64,000 nt of DNA from NCBI GenBank assembly GCA_965366815.1, contig CBDUGV010000003.1, positions 741 through 64,740 on the forward strand, read 5' to 3'. Shown one piece after another: positions 46,935 to 56,492 of this stretch (position 1 is its first letter; each line of letters begins with the position of its first letter). A program made the translations under genes and the position numbers. This DNA comes from an uncultured Bdellovibrionales bacterium. Lineage in GTDB: Bacteria > Bdellovibrionota_C > UBA2361 > SZUA-149. Under the pieces are notes generated by a model. It did not search any database and was not told the origin of the DNA. It worked only from the letters and a program-made list of their open reading frames with translations.

Positions 46935-47075
46935 TCCGCTTCTCCGGACACCGAGGACAGTCCTTACTTCAGTACTCGACAAGAGGCCGGATAGACTTGA
47001 CTAAAAGTCGGGACGACCGCGAATTTTGTGCTAACATACTAGTTTCATTAAGTAATTTTATGTAATGGTTTCAGT

Positions 47076-47927
47076 ATGTTAGCATCGCAGCAGGCAGCCC
47101 TGCAGATACGCATCTCGGCACTCTTGGCCCTCCTCATTTGGCTTGTACAGCCCGTATTCGGCGCTCAGGCGCAAGTTGTGGCCACTCTCGGCGAAGAGCA
47201 GATAGAGGGCAAAGAGCTGTTACCGGAGAGTCAGCACGTTTCAGAGCAACGAAGAAAGCTTTCAAAAGAGCAGTTCAATTCTTGGCTCCGACTAGAAGCT
47301 GGTCGACAGTTGCAGGGTATCGTTCTTGGCAGCTTGCTCGAGAAGTTCGCAGAGACAGAAGGCATAGAACCGACTGAAGAAGAAGTTGCTCAATTCATCC
47401 ACGGCTCTGACGTGATAGAGCGTAAGGAAGCCGAGCAGATCACAAGAGTGTATGAAGACCTCAAGCGTGCGATCAAAGAAGGGAAGTACAAGGGAGAAGC
47501 GCTCACTCGTAGAAAGAAACAACTGAGCTCACTGTCTCGGATCATTGAGACGAGCAAGGAAGCGCAGCGTTTTGCCGATGAGTATCCCGAAGAACAATTG
47601 CGTATCGAACAGACCATTGGTCGACAATTTGTTCGGAGATGGAAGATCAATAAAGCGCTCTATGATCGCTTTGGCGGTCGGGTTATCTTTCAGCAAGCGG
47701 GACCGGAACCAATTGATGCCTATCGTGTGTTTCTCGAAGGCCATGAGGAGAAAGGAAGTTTCTCGATAAAAGATAAACGAATCAAAGAATCGTTTTGGCG
47801 GTATTTTACTGATTCGAAATTGCACTTGTTCTTGCCGGAGACCGACGGCAAGAAAGCGATTCACTCGCCATGGTGGGTGCAAAGTTCGGAATCCGAATCA
47901 CAACCCGAAGTCGATCCTAAACTCTGA
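47076..47927 (+). CDS. Hypothetical secreted protein.
   Basis: Signal peptide (ISALLALLIWLVQPVFGAQAQ); charged and predicted helical. Confidence 0.4.
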   Translation: MLASQQAALQIRISALLALLIWLVQPVFGAQAQVVATLGEEQIEGKELLPESQHVSEQRRKLSKEQFNSWLRLEAGRQLQGIVLGSLLEKFAETEGIEPTEEEVAQFIHGSDVIERKEAEQITRVYEDLKRAIKEGKYKGEALTRRKKQLSSLSRIIETSKEAQRFADEYPEEQLRIEQTIGRQFVRRWKINKALYDRFGGRVIFQQAGPEPIDAYRVFLEGHEEKGSFSIKDKRIKESFWRYFTDSKLHLFLPETDGKKAIHSPWWVQSSESESQPEVDPKL

Positions 47928-48642
47928 TTCCTAGCTTTTCGAAGCCTTTCTCTGCCTCTTGCGCCCAACCTCGATTCGCAAGTGGGCTCGCGGGGCTTGG
48001 ATGGAGAATACTACCAGTTCTCGTTTCGCTATTTTTGAGCGTCGCTGTTGAGAGTGCTTGGATAATTTGTTTTTCGGCAAACTTACCGACGCCAATGACG
48101 TGTTTAGGTTCTAGTACATTGCAGAGCTTGACCAATGCCTCATTGCATACGGCAAACAACGGCTCTGATTGCTCCTTTTGCAGTTTGTCCGGCGTGAGGT
48201 TCTTGCCACCAGCTTCCATAAAGCACAGCGGGCAGTAGTTCCAAATAAAAAACCTCTTAAAGAATTTCTGTGGGGTGCGGTAGCGCTCCTTTGCCCAGCC
48301 CCAAAGGCGTGTGCCACTTACCTCACTACGAGTACAGTCAAAGCCGTGAATCGGGCGCTTTGGATGCTGTTCGGATGGGTGCTCAATTTTTTCACAGATA
48401 TCAAGCCAGTCCCGCACCATAGCGACATCGCCAAATGGGACGCCGGTTTGTGCCATGCCAAACGGACCTGGATTCATGCCGACGAGCAGTATTTCTTTCT
48501 TGGAACTCCCGTAGCGCTTTAGGTATTCGTGAAATGGACGTCGGGCATATTGGATCGGGTTGTACGTATAGGCAACCGGATCTTCAAAAGTCATTTTGCC
48601 GACTGTTCGAGCAAGAGATTGTGCTATGGAGACAGAATTCAT
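47917..48642 (-). CDS. SMUG1-family (family 3) uracil-DNA glycosylase.
   Basis: GMNPGPFGMAQTGVPFG and HPSPASPLANRGW correspond to the two catalytic motifs of SMUG1 (GMNPGPWGMAQTGVPFG / HPSPRNPQANKGW). Confidence 0.75.
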   Translation of the reverse strand: MNSVSIAQSLARTVGKMTFEDPVAYTYNPIQYARRPFHEYLKRYGSSKKEILLVGMNPGPFGMAQTGVPFGDVAMVRDWLDICEKIEHPSEQHPKRPIHGFDCTRSEVSGTRLWGWAKERYRTPQKFFKRFFIWNYCPLCFMEAGGKNLTPDKLQKEQSEPLFAVCNEALVKLCNVLEPKHVIGVGKFAEKQIIQALSTATLKNSETRTGSILHPSPASPLANRGWAQEAEKGFEKLGIRV

Positions 48643-48711
48643 GCGGTCAACTTAGCATGAGTTCGCCGTTGAGGGCAGGTCCGAATCTACATAATGAGAA
48701 GGTTCGGTAGC

Positions 48712-48744
48712 AAAAAAAAACGCGCGAGGTGGGTGCCTCGCGCG
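48712..48744 (-). terminator. Rho-independent terminator downstream of the FG-GAP protein gene.
   Basis: On the minus strand a 9-bp GC-rich perfect stem (CGCGCGAGG / CCTCGCGCG), a 6-nt loop, then a 9-nt U-run (plus-strand A-run 48712-48720). It starts about 35 nt after the stop. Confidence 0.7.
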
Positions 48745-48780
48745 TGAAATGCAAGTTGGTTTGTTCAATCGCGGTTTGTG

Positions 48781-51546
48781 CTAAAAGAACTTTCCTGTCT
48801 TCTTAGGTAGATAGAATTGGCCTATCGGGCCACCGAACGCGTAGTATTGCGTCGCTCCATTTCGGTTGTTGATATACCAGTTGCCGGAACGGAATACTGT
48901 GATGTCGAGTAGTCCGTCGCCGTTAAAGTCTCCGACGATAGGTAAGTCACCGAGAGCCGCAAGACCCCAAGGGATTGCTGTCAGATTCTCAGTATCCTTT
49001 GTCAGGAGATACCAGACTCCGCTGCCGTTTGCGTCCCAGGCCATCCAATCTGCTTTCCCATCAGAGTCCCAGTCACCAGGGACAGGAACCATGCCGTTGA
49101 GACCCCACTGCCGTGTGGTGAACGGCTCAGAGGCGCCATTTGGATAGCTCGAGTTAAGCACATACCAAGTACCATCTGACGGACGCCAAACAGCTGGGTC
49201 GGTCTTTCCATCACCATCGTAATCGGCAGGTACTGGAATATCTCCAGCGAGCCCCCAATAGTAGGCAACAGGATCTTCCGGGTTGATTGCCCAGATACCA
49301 ATACCTAAGCTGTCGTCATAGACCGCCAGTTCATCGAGGCCATCGCCGTTGTAATCATTGATTACCATGTTGTGCGATGCGGCACCCCAATATCGAGCAT
49401 AGACACCGCCCGTACTGGAATAGATTACAATGTGAAGCGCCGGGAAGCAGGTAATGCAGGTAACTCCTCGGTCGATCTTTCCATCGCCATCGAAGTCTCC
49501 TCGAATTGGTCGATAGTTATAGTCAGCCCAGACAAACTGCTGAAAGCCTTCTAAGGATCGGAGGTCGTAGAAGATACCCCATACGCCCCAAACAGATGGC
49601 TCACTTACGCCATCACCATCCCAGTCCCAATCACGGATTGCAAGGCGAGGATCTGGCGCGCCCGGAACATATGCTCCTGTCTTTACATGAACTGAAGAAT
49701 AGCGGCGAGTTGTGTTCGTGCCGTCATCAACCTCTACATAGATATAGTAATCAGTGTTTGCTGGTAGTGAAGAGGTGTTCCAGGTAAATGACTTATTACC
49801 TGCGGTCTGGTTGTTCAGGGTCGCAATGAGCGTTCCATTGAAGCCAGTATTGTCCGTGTCGTAATACAAACGGACGGTAAATGTACTGCTGTCCGCATCA
49901 GCGACCGAATATCTGATAGTAAAACGATCTCCTGGTGCTCGGTTTTCACCGACGAGCTTTGCGTAGTCCAAGAAGGTCCAAACATATTGTCCTGCAAGGG
50001 TAAATTCACCTGGATCGAATCGAAAGTTTGCCAAACGATAGTACGATTCCCAAGCGGGACCTCTTCCAAGGTTGTTGACATCAGCCATATCGAGCCAATA
50101 GGTGTTCATTCCTGGATACGTAGGGAATGCCCAGGTCTCCATTCCGTCACCCACGACATCTGTGTTCCAAGCGACAAATCGCGCGACCCATCCATCCCGG
50201 ATACGATCGGCAACCGTTGGAAACAAGGTCGCATCATGGCCGAAGCGAATTACCGCATAGCGGTAATGGTTCGGATCAATCGAACTGGTATTCAAGCGAA
50301 ACTGCACATCACTCTCCAAATTCCCCAGACTGCTATACGGAGGTTCTGCTTGTGCTTGAAAACGATATCCACCTTCAACAGTGGATGAATCTGCGACAAA
50401 GCTCTCGTTGATGAACTGTCGCAACACTTGTAGGTCACCGAGATTTTCAATATCAACTCCGCTGGGGTCCATATCCCAAGGGTTGCCAACTTCGACAGTG
50501 GCATAGTCGTCACCAGAAGTAGGAGAGGGAGAAGTGATATACACACTTGGCTTTGAAGTTACCCGAACACGGGCCGAGTAAGCAGTGCGAAGCGGCGAGC
50601 CGGTGAACGATCCACCGACGTGTCGCTGCAACTCAACATAGAAGTAATGATCTCCTGGTGGAAGAATCGCAGATGGTATCGTGTGTGAACCTGGATCAAT
50701 CCCCTTTCCATAGCGGGCGAGGAGTGTTCCGTTGAATCCACTTGCGTCGGTGTCATGATAAACCGAAACAACGTAGCTCGAGTTGATACCGCTGGAGTTC
50801 CAGTCAATCACGATATTTGGAGCCGAGTTCGGATCGACAAGGCGAATCCAATCAAATTGCGTTACAGAGCCTGCCGAACCGAAAAGAGAGGGGTCAATTC
50901 GTAGCGCGTGGATGTTGTTTGCATTCCAAGCTCCCTGAGTAACTTCGAAACTATTGCTGGAATTTGCAAGATCGAAATCGTAGATCTTGAAACCAGTGTA
51001 GTTGTTGTTGCTGTCGGAATGGTACCAGCCGTCAAAACTAGCTCCATTTGGACTAGAGGGTACTGGCCAAAGTCCGGTATTGAGATCCTTTCTCGATTCC
51101 CAATAGACGGCGAAGGAACTTCGATTCGTTTGATTAAGTCGATAGGCCAGTCGAGTGTACTTGGTTCCATCGATTTGGTGATTGATTCCATACTTCGGGA
51201 GCGTTCGATCTCCAGGTAGTGCTTCAGCGGAAGAAAGCTTTTCGGGCGCGCTGATATTTGGGAACACCGGAAAGACATATCCACCCTGTGCGGAGAATGT
51301 TCCCTGCCAAAGGCCATTGGTCGCAGTCACACTTGTGCCAACGAAGTTCTCTTCCCAACCAATCATATATCGATTGAAACCATCAGCTGGTTGGTCGAGC
51401 ATGTCTGAGAAGTAGTCATCGCCCTCAGCCACAGTTTGGTTTGAAAGTGGCCCTTGAAGACTAATTGACTGCGCAAATGCCGTTCCTGGCACGCAGAAGA
51501 ATAGAGCAGTGAGTAAAAAGGAGAATGGTAAAAACCGTAGCTTCAT
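48781..51546 (-). CDS. Large secreted protein with an internally duplicated N-terminal region and C-terminal FG-GAP-like repeats.
   Basis: Signal peptide. Duplicated segments (VVSVYHDTDASGFNGTLLARYGKG and TVRLYYDTDNTGFNGTLIATLNN). At least five FG-GAP-type repeats (DFDGDGKIDR, DYNGDGLDELAV, DYDGDGKTDPAVW, DWDSDGKADWMAW, DFNGDGLLDITVF). Confidence 0.65.
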   Translation of the reverse strand: MKLRFLPFSFLLTALFFCVPGTAFAQSISLQGPLSNQTVAEGDDYFSDMLDQPADGFNRYMIGWEENFVGTSVTATNGLWQGTFSAQGGYVFPVFPNISAPEKLSSAEALPGDRTLPKYGINHQIDGTKYTRLAYRLNQTNRSSFAVYWESRKDLNTGLWPVPSSPNGASFDGWYHSDSNNNYTGFKIYDFDLANSSNSFEVTQGAWNANNIHALRIDPSLFGSAGSVTQFDWIRLVDPNSAPNIVIDWNSSGINSSYVVSVYHDTDASGFNGTLLARYGKGIDPGSHTIPSAILPPGDHYFYVELQRHVGGSFTGSPLRTAYSARVRVTSKPSVYITSPSPTSGDDYATVEVGNPWDMDPSGVDIENLGDLQVLRQFINESFVADSSTVEGGYRFQAQAEPPYSSLGNLESDVQFRLNTSSIDPNHYRYAVIRFGHDATLFPTVADRIRDGWVARFVAWNTDVVGDGMETWAFPTYPGMNTYWLDMADVNNLGRGPAWESYYRLANFRFDPGEFTLAGQYVWTFLDYAKLVGENRAPGDRFTIRYSVADADSSTFTVRLYYDTDNTGFNGTLIATLNNQTAGNKSFTWNTSSLPANTDYYIYVEVDDGTNTTRRYSSVHVKTGAYVPGAPDPRLAIRDWDWDGDGVSEPSVWGVWGIFYDLRSLEGFQQFVWADYNYRPIRGDFDGDGKIDRGVTCITCFPALHIVIYSSTGGVYARYWGAASHNMVINDYNGDGLDELAVYDDSLGIGIWAINPEDPVAYYWGLAGDIPVPADYDGDGKTDPAVWRPSDGTWYVLNSSYPNGASEPFTTRQWGLNGMVPVPGDWDSDGKADWMAWDANGSGVWYLLTKDTENLTAIPWGLAALGDLPIVGDFNGDGLLDITVFRSGNWYINNRNGATQYYAFGGPIGQFYLPKKTGKFF

Positions 51547-51732
51547 TGTCGAACCGCCTCGTCAAATAACCTGCTAAAAAAAATTTTCTACCCCGGGCCA
51601 AAGTGTTTCTCTCGGTTGAAGAATCGGCGCGGGCACCCATCTTGATTTAAACAGCAAGAAGTCTGCCAATAACTCAATCGGGTTTGACCTAGCTAAAAAG
51701 TCGGTGCTTTTGGTGACTTACTTAAGGTAATT

Positions 51733-51765
51733 AAATCCCTAATTTCTAAGTAGGGATTTAGAAAT
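51733..51765. promoter_or_regulatory. Nested/overlapping inverted repeats in the 336-bp divergent intergenic region upstream of the nucleotide-sugar dehydrogenase gene.
   Basis: AAATCCCTA (51733-41) pairs with TAGGGATTT (51751-59). ATTTCTAA (51742-49) pairs with TTAGAAAT (51758-65). Confidence 0.35.
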
Positions 51766-51882
51766 CGCTTTCTTTGAACTGAACTACGCAAAAAGGTCAG
51801 AATAAGTTAGGTTTGGTGGCGCCGCCGCGAGCTTGCTTGCAGTGCGGACTTTTCGTTATTTAGCTGAAACTGTTTTCACTAC

Positions 51883-53157
51883 ATGGAACCTGTCCAAATT
51901 GGGGTGCAATTCGTGGTATCTGGCTCATCTGAAAAAGTAGTAATTGTCGGCGGCTGTGGTCACGTTGGTCTGCCGCTTGGGGTTAAGTTTGCACTCGCTG
52001 GATTCCAGACCGTGTTGCTAGATATCAATGCGGAATCGGTTGCCACAGTGAATTCGGGAAAGTTCCCCTTTCTCGAGCGAGGTGGGGATGAGCAGTTGGC
52101 CGAAGCGATCAAGCTTGGATTGCGTGCATCCGTCGAGCCGCAAGAATGTGCCGATGCTCAGGTCGTTGTATTTGTTATTGGCACGCCCGTAGATGAGCAC
52201 CTCAATCCGAAATTGAGCGACGTTTTCGCAATTTTTGATAGTTACTCGAAGTACTTTTCTGAAGATACTCTCGTCGTCATGCGATCGACCTTGTTCCCCG
52301 GAACAATGGAGCACCTGCATAGCAGAGTTGAAAACGGTGAAGTCAAAGCAAAGTTGGCGTTTTGCCCAGAGCGCGTGTCGCAAGGGTATGCGCTTGACGA
52401 GATTGATTCGCTCCCCCAAATTGTTTCTGCTTTTGACGAAGAAAGTTTCGAGAAAGCCTACCGGCTCTTTGCTCGTCTTGCGCCCGAGATAATTCGGCTC
52501 TCGCCGCTCGAAGCCGAAATTACGAAGCTAATGGCTAACTCATGGCGCTATCTTGAGTTTGCGATTGCCAATCAGTTTTACCTAATCGCTCAAAGCAACG
52601 GCATCGATTTTTACCGTATCTATCAAGCCATTCGATACAAGTATCCACGTGCCTCGGGATACAAATCCCCGGGATTTGCCGCTGGGCCTTGTTTGTTTAA
52701 GGACACAATGCAGCTCGCGAGTTTTCACGACAACCAGTTTGCGATGGGTCACTCGGCGATGTTGGTCAACGAAGGACTCGCAAACCATGTAGTCGACCAC
52801 GTTGCCCGCGAGTTTGGCGGACAACTGTGGGATAAGACGATCGGTCTGCTCGGAATGACCTTTAAAGGTGACAACGACGATATTCGTGAATCGTTGAGCT
52901 TTAAAGTTAAGAAAGGTCTTGAATTCAAAGGGGCGAAGGTCTTGTGGAACGACCCGTATCTGAAAGACTCAACCTCACTGAAAGAGTTGCAATTGCAATG
53001 CGATCATTTGGTTCTCTGTACCCCGCACAGTGCCTACCGGGATGTAAAACTCAGTAAGCCTTGCGTCGATATATGGGGGTTCTTTGGCGTGCCGGAGTTA
53101 GAAATTCTACCCGGTGTGCAAAGCGACGAGCCGCAAAAGACGGCAGCGGAACGATGA
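51883..53157 (+). CDS. Nucleotide-sugar dehydrogenase (UDP-glucose / UDP-ManNAc dehydrogenase family).
   Basis: N-terminal Rossmann (VVIVGGCGHVGLPLG) and central and C-terminal UDPG_MGDP_dh motifs (LLGMTFKGDNDDIRESLS). Confidence 0.8.
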   Translation: MEPVQIGVQFVVSGSSEKVVIVGGCGHVGLPLGVKFALAGFQTVLLDINAESVATVNSGKFPFLERGGDEQLAEAIKLGLRASVEPQECADAQVVVFVIGTPVDEHLNPKLSDVFAIFDSYSKYFSEDTLVVMRSTLFPGTMEHLHSRVENGEVKAKLAFCPERVSQGYALDEIDSLPQIVSAFDEESFEKAYRLFARLAPEIIRLSPLEAEITKLMANSWRYLEFAIANQFYLIAQSNGIDFYRIYQAIRYKYPRASGYKSPGFAAGPCLFKDTMQLASFHDNQFAMGHSAMLVNEGLANHVVDHVAREFGGQLWDKTIGLLGMTFKGDNDDIRESLSFKVKKGLEFKGAKVLWNDPYLKDSTSLKELQLQCDHLVLCTPHSAYRDVKLSKPCVDIWGFFGVPELEILPGVQSDEPQKTAAER

Positions 53158-53167
53158 GACGTATAAA

Positions 53168-54340
53168 CTATTTCTTCTCGGCGAGCAGATAGTTCACACA
53201 GGCAAGTTTTCGTTCAGTCTCCTGTGAAAGCTGTGTGACATATTCTTTGGTTGTGTAGCCACCAGGAAGTCCGACGAGATCACTCACCTTCAGGTCAAGG
53301 AAGCGAGAAGCGACATCTTCTGGAAGCCCAGCAACGTATTCCCGCAAAAAACAATTGAGCGCAGTAATTGGCTCTCCATATTGCATGACATCAAGTTCCT
53401 GAATCAGGATCTCGTTGTTAAACAAGCTCTTAAGTCCATCCTGAGTCATATTGAAATAGTGGGACGGATAGCCATGTTCGTGGAACAGGAATGGTACGGT
53501 CACGTACAGCGATCCGCCTGGTTTGAGGACTCGTAGAAATTCTTTGGCATTGAGCCAGGGGGTTTGAACATGCTCTAGCACTGAGGCTGAATAGATACAG
53601 TCAAAACTATTATCCGCAAAGGGGAGCGTTAACCCATCGCCCAAAACATCCACTGTCGGATTTGGATGGATCTCATAGGTTATTACATGATCAAAGTATT
53701 TCTCTCGGACTCCCGCTCCAAAATCAAGCACCAGTCCGTCTTGATGTTTTAGGAGGACGTCGCGACATCGCGTGCTATAGACGTTCTCCGACTGGGGCGA
53801 ATCATCGAGCTTGTCTTGCTGGGAGGAGAGTTGTTGAGACGAAAAATCGAGGATGGATTCGCTGTGGCGGTAGATTGTCCGGCAACTGGAACAAGCTAAA
53901 CCGTGCTCCTGTTCAACAAAGGTGGCTTCTCCTTTGGATTGCTCGATGCAGTGCGGGCAGCGAACAATATCCCGCAACTTATCGAATTTGAGTTGTTTTT
54001 GATGAAAGTTGCCCGTAGCGACTGGGCGAACGGGAACGTGGATCACATATCGCTTCCCGTCACACCGAAAGGAGAGTTGAATAGGTGATCCATTGCTGAG
54101 TAATTCCAAGGAGCAGGAGCTGCGCACGCCGATGGCTTTTCGCGGCGGAAACATCTGTTCGACGTCGGGGCGTTCCTGAAACTGTAGATAGATAAAGTCC
54201 TTGTGGGGTTCGCTGTCGATTTTGAAATCGTCACAGACTGAGCTTTCCGGCCAGGCAATCCACACATCTAAGGAGAAGATGCCGCTAGAACGGCCCTGCT
54301 CGTCTTCTTCTGGATCAGGGGCATACCAAATAGGCTGCAT
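53168..54340 (-). CDS. Class I SAM-dependent methyltransferase with an N-terminal Cys4 zinc-ribbon-containing domain.
   Basis: Methyltransf_11-like motifs (VLDFGAGV; DNSFDCIYSASVLEHV; LRVLKPGGSLYVTVP), preceded by CPHC...CSSC. Confidence 0.7.
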   Translation of the reverse strand: MQPIWYAPDPEEDEQGRSSGIFSLDVWIAWPESSVCDDFKIDSEPHKDFIYLQFQERPDVEQMFPPRKAIGVRSSCSLELLSNGSPIQLSFRCDGKRYVIHVPVRPVATGNFHQKQLKFDKLRDIVRCPHCIEQSKGEATFVEQEHGLACSSCRTIYRHSESILDFSSQQLSSQQDKLDDSPQSENVYSTRCRDVLLKHQDGLVLDFGAGVREKYFDHVITYEIHPNPTVDVLGDGLTLPFADNSFDCIYSASVLEHVQTPWLNAKEFLRVLKPGGSLYVTVPFLFHEHGYPSHYFNMTQDGLKSLFNNEILIQELDVMQYGEPITALNCFLREYVAGLPEDVASRFLDLKVSDLVGLPGGYTTKEYVTQLSQETERKLACVNYLLAEKK

Positions 54341-54417
54341 GTGTTGGTCTCACATCGTCGAAGTAAATACGTCTGCGACAGATATAACGTTAAACTGTAA
54401 TGGATTCAATCGGCTTG

Positions 54418-56475
54418 CTAGCCTTCGCTGACCTGGACCAAAATAAAAGGATTTTCACCTAAGACGACGTTCATGTATTCGTCTATCTGCTCGACCATCG
54501 TGCGGCAAAGTGGATCTTCGGTTATTCTTTCTTCGCTATTGTCACACTGCACTTTCGGTGTGCATTCATCCGATGGCGGACGAATGGGGCCAAAGAGTCC
54601 CTGAGTTGCCGCTGCAACTTCATAAACAGCTGTGTTCGCCTCATACCAGGGATCGACAGTGGACATTCGGTTATACGCTTCTCCCAAGGAATTGAACTTA
54701 TCTTCGTTATATCCACCTTTGACGTACGGTACATTCTCTTTCCGGGCATCAAAGTCACTCAGACAATCACCGACGCCACTCTCGTCGAGCGTGCGTTCGA
54801 CCGTATGCGGAGCAACAGCGCCACCAACTAGAATCCAGTGAATCGGAACATTTCGCTCGCTGAGCGCCTCGTTAACGAAGGTGTACAAATCTTGTTTCGC
54901 CTGCTGATAGTATTGCAAGGTGTTGTTGCAACCAGGGGTACATCCTGAAAGCTGATTGGGAAAATCGTCTGGATCGTAGCAATGACGACAGTTAAACACG
55001 CCGTCACCGATCGACACAATAAAACTCGATGCAGAACCATCGGGGTTGATCTCCAGAAGCTGTTGCATCGCTTCAGATAAGGCAGAAATAGTGTCAGTGC
55101 TAAAAGCCTCCGAACCTGCTGGAATTAAATTGTGCCGTAAGAGAAGCTCATATCCACGCAGATTCTGATCTTTCAAATCTTCGGAGGTGATACCAGGTGG
55201 ATCGTCTTGAATCGGTCCAGTCACATCAAAATTGGTGAGATTCTTCAAATAATCAAAATCGTCGGTTGGCTTAATCACTCCAGTCCAGGGCATGCGAGAG
55301 TTATAGAAAATCATGCATAATTTATCGCCGGCGACCTGACGTTTTTCAAAAGTTTCAATTGCGCGGTTGAGCCCTCGAAAGACGGTGCGGAGTGGTTCTG
55401 GTCCAAGCTGCGTCGCATCGCGGTACACATCCGCCCGATACCAGCGGCCGTCATTCCCCACATTCGGATTGGCATCAATCACCACTTGATAGCGCGGATC
55501 AGAGGCCGGATCGGGGTGAAGCGGGTAGCGTGTTCGGTCGTAGTCGCCATCACCTAAGCTTTTCTTGAGGCGATAGTCATCGTAAAAGTGCATGGTTTGA
55601 TATTGTTGGTCCGTCAGGTCGACGAAAGGAAATCCCAAGAATGCCGCCCACTCGACAGAATTTTGTGGCCGTGGTTGACCATTGCAAACAGCGGAGGGAG
55701 GGGAACTCTTGGAAAGTTCATTACTGCAAAGAAAATTGTAATGTTCGGTTTGATAAAAATCTTCACTCACCGATTTATTGTCAGATTCGAGGAGAAACGT
55801 TGCTTCGCGACCTCGCCCGCCGGTCGGATCATCGTTTTGCTTGGTTGTCGTTCGACTTGGATGTGTTTCTCGAATCATCGAGAGCGACATATCGACCAGA
55901 AAACAGCCATGTCGCGGCACGATACTGGAGACGGCTCGCACATGTACTGGGAAGGATTGAATGCCAAACAGCCAACGGCCAAGTTTCGTTGTGATGCCCT
56001 GGTACATTGAACCGGTAATCCGATATGCCGTGACCTTTGCATCTGCATCGTTCGGATCGGAAGGTACAAAGCACGGATAGGCACTGTCATCCGAGCCGCA
56101 GCTCTCATCAGAGTCTTTGGCAGTGAGCCAAACACCTGGTTCAAGCAATGCTCCTGATGCAGAAGGGTTGTCAGAGAGCTCGCCATCTTGATTCCCGGAT
56201 GAACTATTCATCAGCAATAGGTTTTTCTCCGAGACTTTCTGTGCGCGTGCAAGTGCGTCGCTAACCTTATCTGGAACGGTCTCCGCTTTGCTGGAGATAT
56301 GAGCTTCGAGTGCTGCGAGCACTGCCAGTCGAGCATAGTGCTGGGTCTCTTCACGAGACGCTGCTGCAAGTGAAAGGTCGACCGCAAAGGCAACAAAGCT
56401 GAAAAATACGACGAGCAGCGACGCCACTAGTACGAGGATTGCTCCTTGTTCGCTCTTACCTTTCATCTCTAGCAA
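54418..56475 (-). CDS. TadG-like pseudopilin with a von Willebrand factor A domain.
   Basis: N-terminal Tad_N-like helix (EQGAILVLVASLLVVFFSFVAFAVDLSLAAAS), a vWA MIDAS motif (GCFLVDMSLSM), 685 aa. Confidence 0.55.
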   Translation of the reverse strand: MLEMKGKSEQGAILVLVASLLVVFFSFVAFAVDLSLAAASREETQHYARLAVLAALEAHISSKAETVPDKVSDALARAQKVSEKNLLLMNSSSGNQDGELSDNPSASGALLEPGVWLTAKDSDESCGSDDSAYPCFVPSDPNDADAKVTAYRITGSMYQGITTKLGRWLFGIQSFPVHVRAVSSIVPRHGCFLVDMSLSMIRETHPSRTTTKQNDDPTGGRGREATFLLESDNKSVSEDFYQTEHYNFLCSNELSKSSPPSAVCNGQPRPQNSVEWAAFLGFPFVDLTDQQYQTMHFYDDYRLKKSLGDGDYDRTRYPLHPDPASDPRYQVVIDANPNVGNDGRWYRADVYRDATQLGPEPLRTVFRGLNRAIETFEKRQVAGDKLCMIFYNSRMPWTGVIKPTDDFDYLKNLTNFDVTGPIQDDPPGITSEDLKDQNLRGYELLLRHNLIPAGSEAFSTDTISALSEAMQQLLEINPDGSASSFIVSIGDGVFNCRHCYDPDDFPNQLSGCTPGCNNTLQYYQQAKQDLYTFVNEALSERNVPIHWILVGGAVAPHTVERTLDESGVGDCLSDFDARKENVPYVKGGYNEDKFNSLGEAYNRMSTVDPWYEANTAVYEVAAATQGLFGPIRPPSDECTPKVQCDNSEERITEDPLCRTMVEQIDEYMNVVLGENPFILVQVSEG

Positions 56476-56492
56476 TCAATTCCTCTCTCAAA

